DNA from: Lama guanicoe
Taxonomy: Eukaryota
Direction: 5' to 3'
NCBI GenBank assembly: GCA_013239625.1
Contig: MU054116.1
Coordinates: forward strand, 145,890-209,889
Length of the DNA: 64,000 nt
Under the pieces are notes generated by a model that ran no database searches, was not told where the DNA came from, and saw only the letters and a list, made by a program, of their open reading frames with translations. The position numbers were made by a program, and so were the translations under genes. This document shows positions 34,771 through 46,925 of this stretch, piece after piece (position 1 is the first letter of the stretch; each line of letters opens with the position of its first letter).

Positions 34771-37149
34771 TAAAAAGCCTCTTACCCTATCCAGAGAAGC
34801 CATAATATCAATGATTTCAAAGCAAGAAGGGGAAATAGTTGAACAGTATTTTAATTTCAATCGAGAGAGCTAGAAAATATTTCCTAGGTATAGAGGGGAC
34901 CAAAGTTCTTGGTTTGAAAATCTTCTCAGGTGTTGGAGATGAAAAACTCAAGAGTTCTTGGCCCTCCCAGAGCACCAGTCAGGGTAAGTGGAGCCTTAAA
35001 AGCTGAGAGGGAAGTAAATCCCACACAAACCTTTTCTAATAGAACTTCTTTATCAAATTAACCTTTAGGACTCTTGCTGTTAAAGAATCAGCTGAAGCTA
35101 TTATTAACTCTCAGAAAAGTAAGCAGAGTGACCACATCATTTACTTTCATTTCTAGTAAATCTATTTGACAATTTTCTCTGAGCAGATTTGACGTGATTC
35201 ACAAAAATCAGATGTAATTAGTATTTGAACTATTATATAAAGAATCATGAATCTTTCTACGTTGTATTTTTTGAATGCTGATTTTCATAGCTTACATAAA
35301 GATAATATGAATTTATATGCAGTGAGAAGTTATCTCTGCCACACCCTCAGTTTCCTTTTTAAAAAGAAAAAAATTTGTATCTACATTAAAATCACCCAAT
35401 ATGACAATTTATATAATAATACTGACAAAATTAGTTATCCTTGCACTTTTTAAAACATGAAAGTCTTTTAAAGGTATAAAATATTTTCTTAAACTCTGCC
35501 TCTTAAAAACTATCATCATTAATGAATGCAGTAATTAAAGAAAGTTTGGGAATAAGGGCTACTACCTAGAGGGTGAAGGAAAGAACATGTTATCATGTAA
35601 AGCTCTAGGAGTCACTCGGTTGATCAGAAATGAATTAAGGAGGTTAGGAAAAAAATGAAAAGAGTATCCTTCCCTTTAATTAAAATTACTGTAGTTATTT
35701 TGGTGTCCCTACAGTTCCTAGGAATGTCAGAATTCTTCAAAAACTGTTGTCATCTCTCCTTTCCAACGATAGTTACAGTAAACCTTTGGGTTTACCTGTA
35801 GTAACTAGTCATACAGTAAGAGATGATCCGGCCCTAATCTCTGGAGAAAATGAATTTTTAAGGGAACAAATGATAGTCAAACATACAACAAACTAACTGA
35901 GTTTTGCTAGGAAATTGAAAAACTGCTTTGTATTTATTTATATGAGACACTCAAATCCTGGAGATACTAGTTCAAAACTAAAAACTATTTGAGTATGTTA
36001 GTAAAACATTAGTGTGATGGCTGAGGAAGAACTATAGAACAACTATTAAGCTAAATCAAGAATTAGAAAGTTCTGAAACTCTGATTTTAAAAATATGAAA
36101 GTATGCATTGAAGAAATATAAATGGAAATTTTAGGGGGAAAATATTTATCTGCAGAAGACAAGAATGAAAGCCTTAAGTGTAGACTGAACAAATGAATAT
36201 TCCATGGTGTAAATTCTGTGAGTTAAGACCCAATGACATCAAACCTGTATCAAATAAAAATGTCAATAATCTTAGAAAAAAAATATGATACTTTGTAGTA
36301 ATTTCAGTGTGGATACAATTATACAGTCACACAGTGAGTTGAAGGAAAAAGTGATACAGCATTTACAGAAAATACCTTGGTACAGGTATGCAAAAGTTCC
36401 AGGAATTATGAAATCATGAAATAATATTTATAAAATGATGCCTTTTGCAGATATTTTATCAATTGTAGAAAACAAAGATACATAAAAAGTGTGTTGAAAA
36501 TTGATTTAAAACTCCAGTGCATTCATAAAGCTATTTCAGTACAGGTGAAATTTAAAAAACTGCAGTTATACAAATATAATGGATTGAAATTAAATAGAAG
36601 GAAAATAAGTGCACTTATGTTATAGAGATGTAAAAATATATTTTAAGATGAATAGGTTGTGAATAGCTATTGACTATAGGTCTAGGATTGTGTTCATTTT
36701 GGTAGCTATCCCAGTTAAAAAAAAAAAGCCCCCAATTTCAGCAAATTTACTTACTTTTTCAGATGACATGCAAAGATGGAAGTAACAATTATTTGTTGTA
36801 GAAGAACAGATAAGATCCAGTTAATATAGACAAAAGTTTTGCAAGACTTCAGTAGAAGTCATGCTCAAAGTGAAAACAAATGAGTGGTTGTGTTCAGGTA
36901 GTTTGAGAGACTAGGAAATAAAGATCAGTGTGGAAGGAAAGAGATAAGAGGGGAGATTTTTTTCAGACAGGTAACTGTTGTGAAGTGCTTACCTACAATA
37001 CCTATCACATGGTAAATTCTCAGTACATAGAATCTATTCTTTTAGTTACATAGAATATGGAACAGAATGAAGATATGCGTTACACAGAGCAAAAGTCCCA
37101 CTTTGGGTTTTACGGGGTTTAGTTCACATCACATAAATTATCTGTAGAA

Positions 37150-37410
37150 GTTCAGAAAAGTAACAGCTGACACTTACGAAGCACATACCATGCACTGAAT
37201 TTTATTATAAATGTATTATTTCTTCTAATCATTTTAACTGTACATGACAGATATTATTGTTATCCCCATTTTATACATTAAACTGAAGGCATGAGAGGTC
37301 CGGACACTTGCCCAAATTCGTACTGACAAGAGGCTGGAAAGCCAGGAATTAAATGATGAAGATCTTTCTACAGAAGCTCTGGTCTTAATCACCGCAGTGC
37401 TGCTGCTTCA
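37150..37410 (-). mobile_element. MIR SINE remnant
   Basis: 'tattattgttatccccattttatac...aactgaaggcatgagagg...acttgcccaa' is the MIR core. Confidence 0.7.
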
Positions 37411-38291
37411 GCTAGGACTTATGAAGAGATCAAAGACAGATGCATGGAGAGTTTATTTAGTAATAAATTTGATTTCAAACTTAGTGATAGTGATAACAAA
37501 GTATGTTAGAATGTTTTTCATACACTTTCTTAACAGACTGAAAGATTAAGAGAAGTATGTGATTTTTCACCAGTTGTATATCATCGGGCCAAACATTTCT
37601 TCACATGTAGCAAATAAATTGTGCATTAAAATACTCTCTGAATTGTATATCCAGTGTACACTGACTATAAATTGCACACAGCTGAGAAACAAAGGAGAGT
37701 CACAGGAGTCATCCAATCATGTGGAAGTTTCATGTTAAGGCACGAAACAAAACAATATAACACGTTTGGTCTTAGGGGCAAAATATTTAAAGTCATAGAT
37801 GGATCAACAAAGCCTGTGTATACAGCCCAGATTAGTTGTTACATATTTAAATTTTATCATAACCAAATCTTCAAGAAAAGATATGAAACAAATGATTATA
37901 CTTATTCACCTTTGAAATAGAGAAGAAATCTTGGCAGTAAGAACAAGTAAGTTTGTTGAATCAAAATACATTGTGGGTCAAATCAAATTACATGAGAAAA
38001 CCCAGTCTTGGGTATAAATTGAAAATGTGAAATCAAAGAGGAAAATGAGATGGTAGAACAATTTTTAGTATATGTATAAAATCTATTACAGAACTGCCAA
38101 AACAATAAAATAAACAATTGCATGGCCAAGCCCACCAGAATACTGGCAATATCAATTATTACTTTGTAGAAGAAACTGCATGTGAATTAGTTTACTGTCT
38201 CTAGTAGTCATTCTTTATTGCTATTTGGCTTTGATACCACTTTCTTCAAATAAAATATCTTTAAATTTTAAATGAAATTCAGTCGTCAGTG

Positions 38292-39227
38292 ATGAAAAAC
38301 CACTCAGTCACAACATTCATCCTGTTGGGACTGACAGATGACCCTCAACTTCAGATTCCAATTTTCATGTTTCTATTTCTCACTTACATGTTAAGTATAA
38401 CAGGGAATCTGGTAATCATATCCCTCACTTTCATGGATTCCCATCTTCAAACACCCATGTACTATTTCCTACAAAATTTTGCCTTACTGGAAATTTCATT
38501 TACATCTGCTTGTATCCCTAGATATTTGTACAACATAGCAACAGGTGGCAGGTCAATTACTTACAATATTTGTGTTGTTCAAGTGTTTTTTACTGACATC
38601 TTTGGAGTAACAGAATTCTTTCTCCTGGCTGCCATGGCCTATGACCGCTATGTGGCCATCTGCAAACCCCTGCATTATGTGACCATCATGAACAACAGAG
38701 TCTGCAAGAGGCTTGTCCTCTGCAGTTGGATGGCTGGCTTTTTGATCATACTACCACCACTTACTCTGTTCCTAAATTTGAAATTCTGTGACTCAAATGT
38801 CATTGATTATTTTTTCTGTGATGCATCTCCTATCTTGAAGATTTCATGCTCAGATACGTGGCTCATAGAGCAGCTGGTTATTGTCTGTGCTGTGCTGACC
38901 TTCATTCTGACCCTTGTGTGTGTTGTTCTGTCCTATGTATACATAATCAAGACTACTCTAAGATTCCCCTCTGCCCAGCAAAGAAAAAGAGCCTTTTCCA
39001 CCTGTTCTTCTCACATGATTGTGGTTTCCATCACCTATGGAAGCTGTATCTTTGTCTATGTCAAACCTTCAGCAAAGGAATCAGTGACTATCAATAAGGG
39101 TGTGGCAGTGCTAATGACATCCATCGCTCCCATGTTGAACCCATTCATTTACACTCTGAGAAACAAACAAGTGAGACAAGCCTTTAGTGACTCATTCAAA
39201 AGAATTGCATTATCCTCAAAGAAATAA
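38292..39227 (+). CDS. Olfactory receptor, family 6 subfamily C (OR6C2/OR6C68-like), intact, 311 aa
   Basis: All canonical motifs: [48 protein letters not shown] sequon. ATG is at 38292 (track starts at GTG 38289). Confidence 0.96.
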   Translation: MKNHSVTTFILLGLTDDPQLQIPIFMFLFLTYMLSITGNLVIISLTFMDSHLQTPMYYFLQNFALLEISFTSACIPRYLYNIATGGRSITYNICVVQVFFTDIFGVTEFFLLAAMAYDRYVAICKPLHYVTIMNNRVCKRLVLCSWMAGFLIILPPLTLFLNLKFCDSNVIDYFFCDASPILKISCSDTWLIEQLVIVCAVLTFILTLVCVVLSYVYIIKTTLRFPSAQQRKRAFSTCSSHMIVVSITYGSCIFVYVKPSAKESVTINKGVAVLMTSIAPMLNPFIYTLRNKQVRQAFSDSFKRIALSSKK

Positions 39228-39809
39228 GAATATTGAAATCTAGGAGTCCAGAAAGTTTTCAAAAGATCAGAGGTTCCTAAATATAAATTCTTTAAGCTAC
39301 AAAATTATTCTCTTCCTCATCTGTGCTCTAATTCAGATTAACTTCCTCAAAACATCATTTAGACTTTAGTCCAATATCAGTTTATTCTTTACTCTTCTTA
39401 TAAATGAACCTCTATTAAGCCAACACCCCTTATCAGAAAATACAACTACATGTTTGTAGGAAATATATTAATTACTTTCTGTCCAACTTAACAAAAACTA
39501 CACAATAACTACAAATTTTTTAAATGATGGAAAACAAATATAACACAAAATAAAAATTAGTGCCTGATTTATGAGAAATGTGTTTAGAACAAATTAACAT
39601 TACTCTACCGTAAGGAAGCTATATTCTGAATCTAAAAAGAAAAACAAGGAGACCCAGCACCACTACCTCAGGCACACACAACATATTTTGATATTCTAAG
39701 CGCAGTTGGGTGGAACCACGCCCTATCATAATCCTGCCAATAAGTCTTAACGATTGAGGTTGGCCAAATATGCCACAGCCCTAAAGTGGACAAATGACTT
39801 GATCTTCCA

Positions 39810-40285
39810 GAATATTTTGGTTACTTTCTCTATGCCTATCCAGATCTACTTTCAATCCTTTTCCATATGTTTTCTTTGCCCCATGAGACTTTCCCTTATT
39901 AATTTCACAGATTCCCGTGACCTCTGGCTTCAAGGAGCATTTACCAAACAGAGGATAGGAAGAATGTGAGGTTGACTATCTATATTTCCTATTTATTCCT
40001 TTGGAGCTACCAGTAGTTGGCTGCATCCTTGTGTCGAAAACAAGAACTGCTGCAGTACAGCTGTCCTGCAGCCAGAGTCACTTTCTCCACATTCCAGAAA
40101 CTCTTCCCTCATCTTTTCCCTCCAGACACAGGGGATTTAATGACTTCCCATGTTGCTCTGCCAGCACTACATCATCTCTTTTTGGTTTCCTTTAATACCA
40201 GATACAATTTAATAAATAGTCTTTCAAAAACTTTGCTGTGTATTAATGTCCCATCTCTTTTCTGCTAATACGTTCTCTAATATAC
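39810..40285 (+). mobile_element. Old ERVL LTR (LTR33-like)
   Basis: 'gacctctggcttc...gttggctgcatcctt...aataaatagtctttc...ctaatata'; family from memory. Confidence 0.45.
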
Positions 40286-40884
40286 CATGTAATTGACAAC
40301 ACTTTCATAGTTCTTCTTGATGTCTGAGTCCCTGATAACAAATAATCCCCATCTAGGTTTTAGGTTAAATAAACAAACATATATGTCACTTTATTTTTGA
40401 CAAAGGTCCAAATATTACTATGTATACCACCACAGACCCCAGAGTCATTAAAAAGAAATGAGCTGACAGTCTAAAAGATCCATGCTAATGGATCTGAACT
40501 ATATTTGAGTGGAAAATATCCTAGAAAATCACAACTCACCACGATTAATTCAAATATTAGTATTTCCATATCTATAAAAAGTAAATGCATCTATAAAGAA
40601 AAATCTTCCCGTAATGTAATTGCCAAACCCAAATGGCATTCCAAATAATTACTCCAAAAGTCATCAATATTACACAAACTCTTCAAAAAAATGGGGAAAA
40701 GAGCAAAACATGCTCATTTTGAAAGCCCAGAATAATCTTGATATGAAAATCCGATGAAGGTATTAAAGAAAAAATTTTACTGGCTAGTCTCTCTCATGAT
40801 GATAGATACAACAATCTTCAACAAAATGTTTGTAAATTAGCAAATTAAATCTAGTAATATAAAAAAGTGGATATATATGGTGGT

Positions 40885-42375
40885 ATAATTTCTTCTGAGA
40901 GGAAACCAAGCCAGGGAGAGTGTCATTAGAAAGATTGTGAATAGGAGTTCCCAGCCCTCACAGATACTTGTTTTAACAACTACCCATGTATGAAAATACC
41001 ATACTTGCTTGTCAGCTGAGGAAAAGGGATTGGCAGGAAATGAGGTGGGCTGTAGAAACAGTAACCCTTCAACGCATTCTTACTTTGACTTAGTTACTCC
41101 CAGTGTGTGTCTACAGTCCCGGGGACTATCAAACTCCCCAGAAGGCCTCAAATCAGTCTTCCTTATGATGGTGACTGTATACGCTGGGGATCTTAATAGG
41201 GACCAGACATATCAGGTAGCTCACTCTCCTTCCAATTCTAAAGGAAGGAAAGATTTTAAAGAAAGCTCCAGATTTCAGGTGAGAGGGTACAGCATACTGA
41301 TAAAACACAGGAACAATGATTTCTTGGATGTGACACCAAGAACATAGGCAACAAGAGAAAAAAATATGCAAGTGGGATTATATCAAACTAAAAAGTTTCT
41401 GCACTGCAAACAGCCAACAGAATTAAAGGCAACCTGTGGAATGGGAGAAAATATTTACAAATCATATAACTGATACGGGGTTAATGTCCATAATGTATAA
41501 GGAACTCCTACAACTCAACAGCAAAAAATTCCAATAACCCAATTATAAAATAGGCAAAGGAATTGAATAGACATTTTTCTACAGAAAACATATAAATGAC
41601 CAACAGGCATATGAAAAGGTGCTCAACATCACTAATCATTATAGAATACAAGTCAAAACTTCAATGGGCTATAAAACCTCATACCTGTTAAAATGGCTAG
41701 TATCTGAAAAACAAAAGATAACAAATATTAGTGAGGATGTGGAGAATTTAGAACCCTTTTGGTGGGAATGTAAATTGGTGAGGCCACTTTAGAAAACAGT
41801 ATAGAGTTTCTTCAAAAATTTTAAACTGGAATTGCCATACAATCCAACAGTCCTACTCTGGGTATTTTTGCAAAAGAATTGAAATCAGGATCTTGAATAG
41901 CTATTCACACTCCCATGTTCATTGCAGCATTATTCACAATAACCAAGATATGGAAACAACCTAATTGTGCATTGACAGAGGAATAGATGTGTCATATATG
42001 TACAATGGAATATTAATTAGTCTTTAAAAAGAAGGAAACCCTGCCATTTGTGATAACCTGGCTAAAACTAGAGGGCATCAGGAGAAGTGAGAAAGCCAGA
42101 TTCAGAAGGAAAAATATAACATAATACTGCTTATATGAGATACTTAAAATAGTCAAACTTACAGAAGCATAGAGTAGAATGGTGGTTGCCAGAGGATGAA
42201 GGGAGGGAGAAACAAGAGGTTTTAGTCAATGGGTACAAAATTTGTGCACAAGATGAATATGTCCTAGAGCTCTAGTGTACAGTATAGTGCCTATAGTTAA
42301 CAATATTCTTTCTGGGTACTTAAAATTTTGCTAAGATTATAGATCTTATGTTAAGTGTTTTTATTACAAAAAAAT
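40885..42375 (+). mobile_element. LINE-1 fragments: 5'UTR-like piece joined to ORF2 end and 3'UTR (L1MA-like)
   Basis: 'aatgatttcttggatgtgacacc...tcaaactaaaaagtttctgcac...gatcttatgttaagtgttttattac' plus A tail. Confidence 0.82.
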
Positions 42376-42546
42376 TTTTAAAGAATTTGTTCTAAGAATA
42401 TATTTGTTTTATGTTGAAAACATATATAATTAATAATAAATAAATATAAGTAATAATAAAAATTAAACTATTTAAATTGAAAATCATTTGATTACCCCAA
42501 TGAATATGGAATATTTGATAAATTTAAAATTTATTATCAATAAAAC

Positions 42547-43154
42547 ATTTATAGGTGTACAGCATTGGTTATTGCATTTTCATAGTGTTTATACCTGGGT
42601 ATTGCTTCAAACCCTGTGAAATCCTCTTCCCCTGTTCTCCCTGCCCCAGGTTTCTTGTCAAGGTAATGAGTACATACTTTTTCTGTGATATAATGCTTAA
42701 AAGGTAATTTTAATGTATTAATAGTATTCCTAATGTGTGCTGCAAAAATGGCTACAAGCCTGCTTTTTTTAAAATTACATTTTTCTTAGCTTAAAAATAG
42801 TTTTAGAAAGAAGTACAAATTGGCTTCCATCTTGCAAACAATCTTTTTTTCTTACTTCATTATCTTAATTTGCTTTGTCACTCATAAAAATGGAGTTGTA
42901 AACTAGACAATGAGTTGAGTTGTAAACTAGACAATGAGGAAACACTTGAGGCTTCTGCTGTATGTTTACTTCTTGTTATTGTTGTTACCCAGTAACTTGA
43001 ATATCGTTTAATGTGTTGTAAGACATTGCAGAGTTTATCTCAAGCTGTTAAAAATGGTAATGTACAAATGTGAATACACACATCTATAATATGGGTACGT
43101 TTTGTTTCACCTATAATAGATCTTTATAAAAACAAGGAAAAAATAAAATAATAA
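42547..43154 (+). pseudogene. Probable 5'-truncated processed retrocopy of an mRNA 3'UTR (parent unidentified)
   Basis: ~600 bp of non-repeat-like, UTR-like text inside an L1 remnant, A-rich tail (43138-43160), flanked by AATAAAAC at 42539-42546 and 43155-43162. Confidence 0.55.
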
Positions 43155-43789
43155 AATAAAACTCACTCAACAAAGAATAGAAGCAAACTTATTTCTCTGT
43201 TGGAGGGGATGTAAAAACAATTTGAAAAATACAGTAGACTTTAAGTACAAATTATAAAATAGCTAAAACTACAAAGACAATTCTTCCAGAGGTGATAGGA
43301 GATACCATGATTTTTAAATAATATAAATAAACTTGAAGACCAATAGTAATGAGAAAAGAAAATATTTTCAAAGTGTATGAGAAGTGTTTGACTGAAAATG
43401 ATAATACACAATGTTTAACTGAGTGTTGACACAGATGCACTCTCATGAATTAAAATTTGATACATAAATCAGTATGAGCCTTTAGAGAGAATTTTGATAT
43501 TATTATATAAAACCCTTGAAATGTGAATGCACTTTATTCCTGAAATTCTCAAACTATTGAGTCTGCAAAAATATTTTTAGAAAGATAATTTGCTGTAAAA
43601 AAAAACAAATTTCTGAAAAATTGTGTATACAACAATACAATTTATTTTTATACACCCATTTATTTGATAATAATGAATAATTATAGGTAAATTTTCAAGA
43701 GTTAGGAATGGCATGAAAAACTGATGGAATTGTGAAAGGTGACATATTACAAAGTGACAAGTTTTTCAGTCAGTCCTTCCCAAAATGTA

Positions 43790-44075
43790 TGGTCACTTAT
43801 CAGAGTAATTCTAAACCTAGCCAAAAGGGACTTCCAGATTCTCTCGAGGTCTGTTGAAGTTGACCTTTCAGTTCTGGTGTTAGAACTGCCTCTAACACCA
43901 CAGAACACAAAAGTACATAGAGCTTGTGTGTTTGGAGGCCAGGTGTTGGAATCTTGTTAATCATTTTGCAGTGGATCCAGTGGATTTACAGTCCCACCTA
44001 GTAATCATTTCTCTGGATATTGAGTGTCTAAAAATCAAGATGGGCACATTAGTAACTGCCAGAATAATTACTTGA
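43790..44075 (+). mobile_element. ERVL-class internal (protease-region) remnant
   Basis: 'tggaggccaggtg...cagtggatccagtgg...cacctagtaatcatttctc...gagtgt...tagtaactgccagaat' resembles ERVL pro text. Confidence 0.4.
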
Positions 44076-44199
44076 TCTATGTATACAAGTCCAGCTAAAA
44101 CAGGCAAAACTGACAATTGTCTAACAATTGTTTGTCAATGTGGTTCAGAACCCGCCAGCAGGAGAGTAAGTCAGTACAACCACTTGCGTAAACTTCCAC

Positions 44200-45680
44200 T
44201 ATGTACTAAGGTGTAATGCAGGAGTTAAATTTCATTTCACTCTGCCCATAGAATAGCCAGTTGACATGGCATTATTTACTGAATAACTTTCCTTTCCGCT
44301 TGCAGCTGTGAATTTGCTGTAATTCAGGTGACCAAGTTACTCTAGATGTGTAACTGGAATTTCTATTCTATTTCACTGGCCAATTTCATTCCGTTTAATT
44401 TTTCTTGTACCAGTACCACAATATCTTAATTACTATAGCTTGATAGTAGGTATTGGTATTTATAGTAAGTCTTCCAATTCTGTTATTTTTCAAGATGGCC
44501 TTAGCCGTGTTTTGGCCTTTGCATTTCCATCTAAATTTTAGAATCAGCTTGTGAAATTTCTTAAAATTAAAATATTATGGTTTTCTTGAATTTCAATAAC
44601 TCAACAGGTAAATTTGGAGAGCTGACATTGTTATATTATTGAACTTTCCAATACATGACTGTGGTATACCCCTCTGTTTATTTCAGTGACTTTTGCTTAC
44701 TGTAAAAAAAGTGAGTTTTTTCTATTTCTAGGGCAGCAGTTTTGCACATATTTTAATAGATTTGTTCCTTGGTATTCAATATTTTATGTCACTCTAAATA
44801 TTATTGTTATTTTAATTATTATTTTCATTCCTGGACATCGTATCCCATAGAAATAAAAACTTACGTTCACACAAAAACCTGTATAATAATAGTTATAACA
44901 TCTTTATTCATAAAAGCCAAAAACTGATACAACCCAGAAGTCTTTCAACAGGTACATGATTAAACAAACTGCTATAAAATGCATACAATGCAATACTACT
45001 CAGCAATTAAAATTACTGATACATACAACTTGGATGAGCCTCCAAAGAATTATACTGAGTTTTCTAACAAGTCATTATCAAAAACTTTCAAACTGTATAA
45101 TTCTATATTTATAACATTGGTGTTTATAGATTTCATCATGGCCATTCTGACAGGTATGAGGTGATATCTCCTTGTGGTTTTGATTTGCATTTCTCCAATA
45201 ATTAGCAAAGTTGAGCACCTTTTCATGTACCAATCAGCTATCTATATCTCTTCTTTGGAAAAATGTCTATCCTGGTCTTCTGTTCATTTTTCAATCGAAT
45301 TGCTCAGTTTTTTTACATTGAGTTGTATGGACTGTTTATATATTTTTATTAACCCCTAATCCATCATATCATTTGCAGATATTTTCTCCCATTCAGTAGA
45401 TTGTCCTTTGTTTTGCTAATGGTTTCCTTTGTTGTGCAAAAGTTTTTAATTTTAGTTAGGTCCCATTTGTGGGTTTTTTTTTTTCATTGCTTTTATTTCT
45501 TTTGCCCCAGGAAACAGATACAAAAAATTTTTGCTATAATTTATGTCAAAGAGTATTCTGCCTGTCTTCTCTCTTCTAGAAGTTTTATGGTTTCAGATTT
45601 TACATTTAGGTCTTTAATCCATTTTAAGTTTATTTTTGTATATGCTGTAAATTAATGTCCTAATCTCATTGCTTTCTTTT
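44200..45680. mobile_element. Mosaic of LINE-1 fragments in both orientations
   Basis: Reverse ORF2 text at 44200-44830 and 45120-45680; forward L1M 3' text at 44830-45120. Confidence 0.75.
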
Positions 45681-46764
45681 GCTCTCTGATTTTGTAAACA
45701 ATTTCCGTAGAAGTTTTCTTCTACCCTGTATAGAAAAATTAACTTCTAACAATCTTCAATATTCTCTTGTTGCATGATAAAAGCAAATTCCTACTCAATA
45801 TTTAGAGGATCATAATAATTGTGGGTAAATTACACAAATGAGAAAGCCCCATAGTAAAAATATGTTTAAGGATATATAATAAAAATTATCAGGAATGATA
45901 AATACCAAATTAGTATTTAATTATACACTCAGAGGTAAGGATCACATTTGGGCTCTGATCCTAAGTGGAAACTTTAGTTCTATATGGTAATTGGCTTTTG
46001 TAAAAAATTGAATAACTAGTTAAGAATGATCAATATGCTAAACATTTGGAACAAGAATCTTCCTGAAAGCAAGGAAGGAGAGAGTTGAGAAATAAGAAAT
46101 AAAAGTTGAGCCATAAAAGATGGATTCATAAATTCCAATATCCATGAAATGTACTATTGATAATAAAAAAGAACAGGGGAATTTAAAGACATTATAGAGA
46201 AAAAGTTCCTTATGGTGAATAAGATTTTAAGAACTTAATGAGAAGCGAGATTTAAAAAAATAGAAATGATTACCCAAACACATATTAAGTTTAAATATAA
46301 GAATAGTAAAAATAAGTAGAAAAATTATATTTAAGTTGTATAATCATAATCAGTTTGAGTCTTTTTTTTACAATAGTGAAAAAAATTTTTTAATCATGAA
46401 GTTTCTAGTGTTAGAATTGATTTAATATTATGATGGAATGCTCCAAAAAGAAATATTATATAGTTCCCCAAATGATGATGCAAATTTATAATTATTCAGA
46501 TTAAAAGTTTATTTTAAATGTTTAATTATAAAGTAGTTTGAAAAACAACTTGTAAAGAAAGTTTCACATTTGTAAATATATCAATTAATATGTATAAACT
46601 TACATAAGAAGTTTCTTAAGGTAAAGAAATAAAAGGAGAAAAGAGGTAATTGTGTTCTATTAGCAGCTATAAATGTTATTGAACACGAGGGAGAAAATTT
46701 AGGCTTGCTCTTTATCACTTTATTTTTATTGTATGTAAAAGTCCTGAGTGAATGTCACCGTGGA

Positions 46765-46925
46765 CTCTTCAGTTCTCTGAGGACGGTGTCCCCACTGCTG
46801 CGTGTTTCAGGCTCTTTGCCAAAAGATGACACAAAAGATTCATTAATGATTTGGAACCTAATTCACCTAGGACTCATGTTTACTCACTTGATTTCATGTT
46901 TGGCACATAAAACAAGTATCAATTT
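46765..46925 (+). promoter_or_regulatory. Paralogous upstream non-coding block (candidate OR promoter or 5' exon), copy 3
   Basis: 'aggacggtgtccccactgctgcgtgtttcaggctctttgcc...tcattaatga...tcacctaggactca', clearly similar to the 34605 block; ~3.3 kb upstream of the OR at 50169. Confidence 0.55.
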
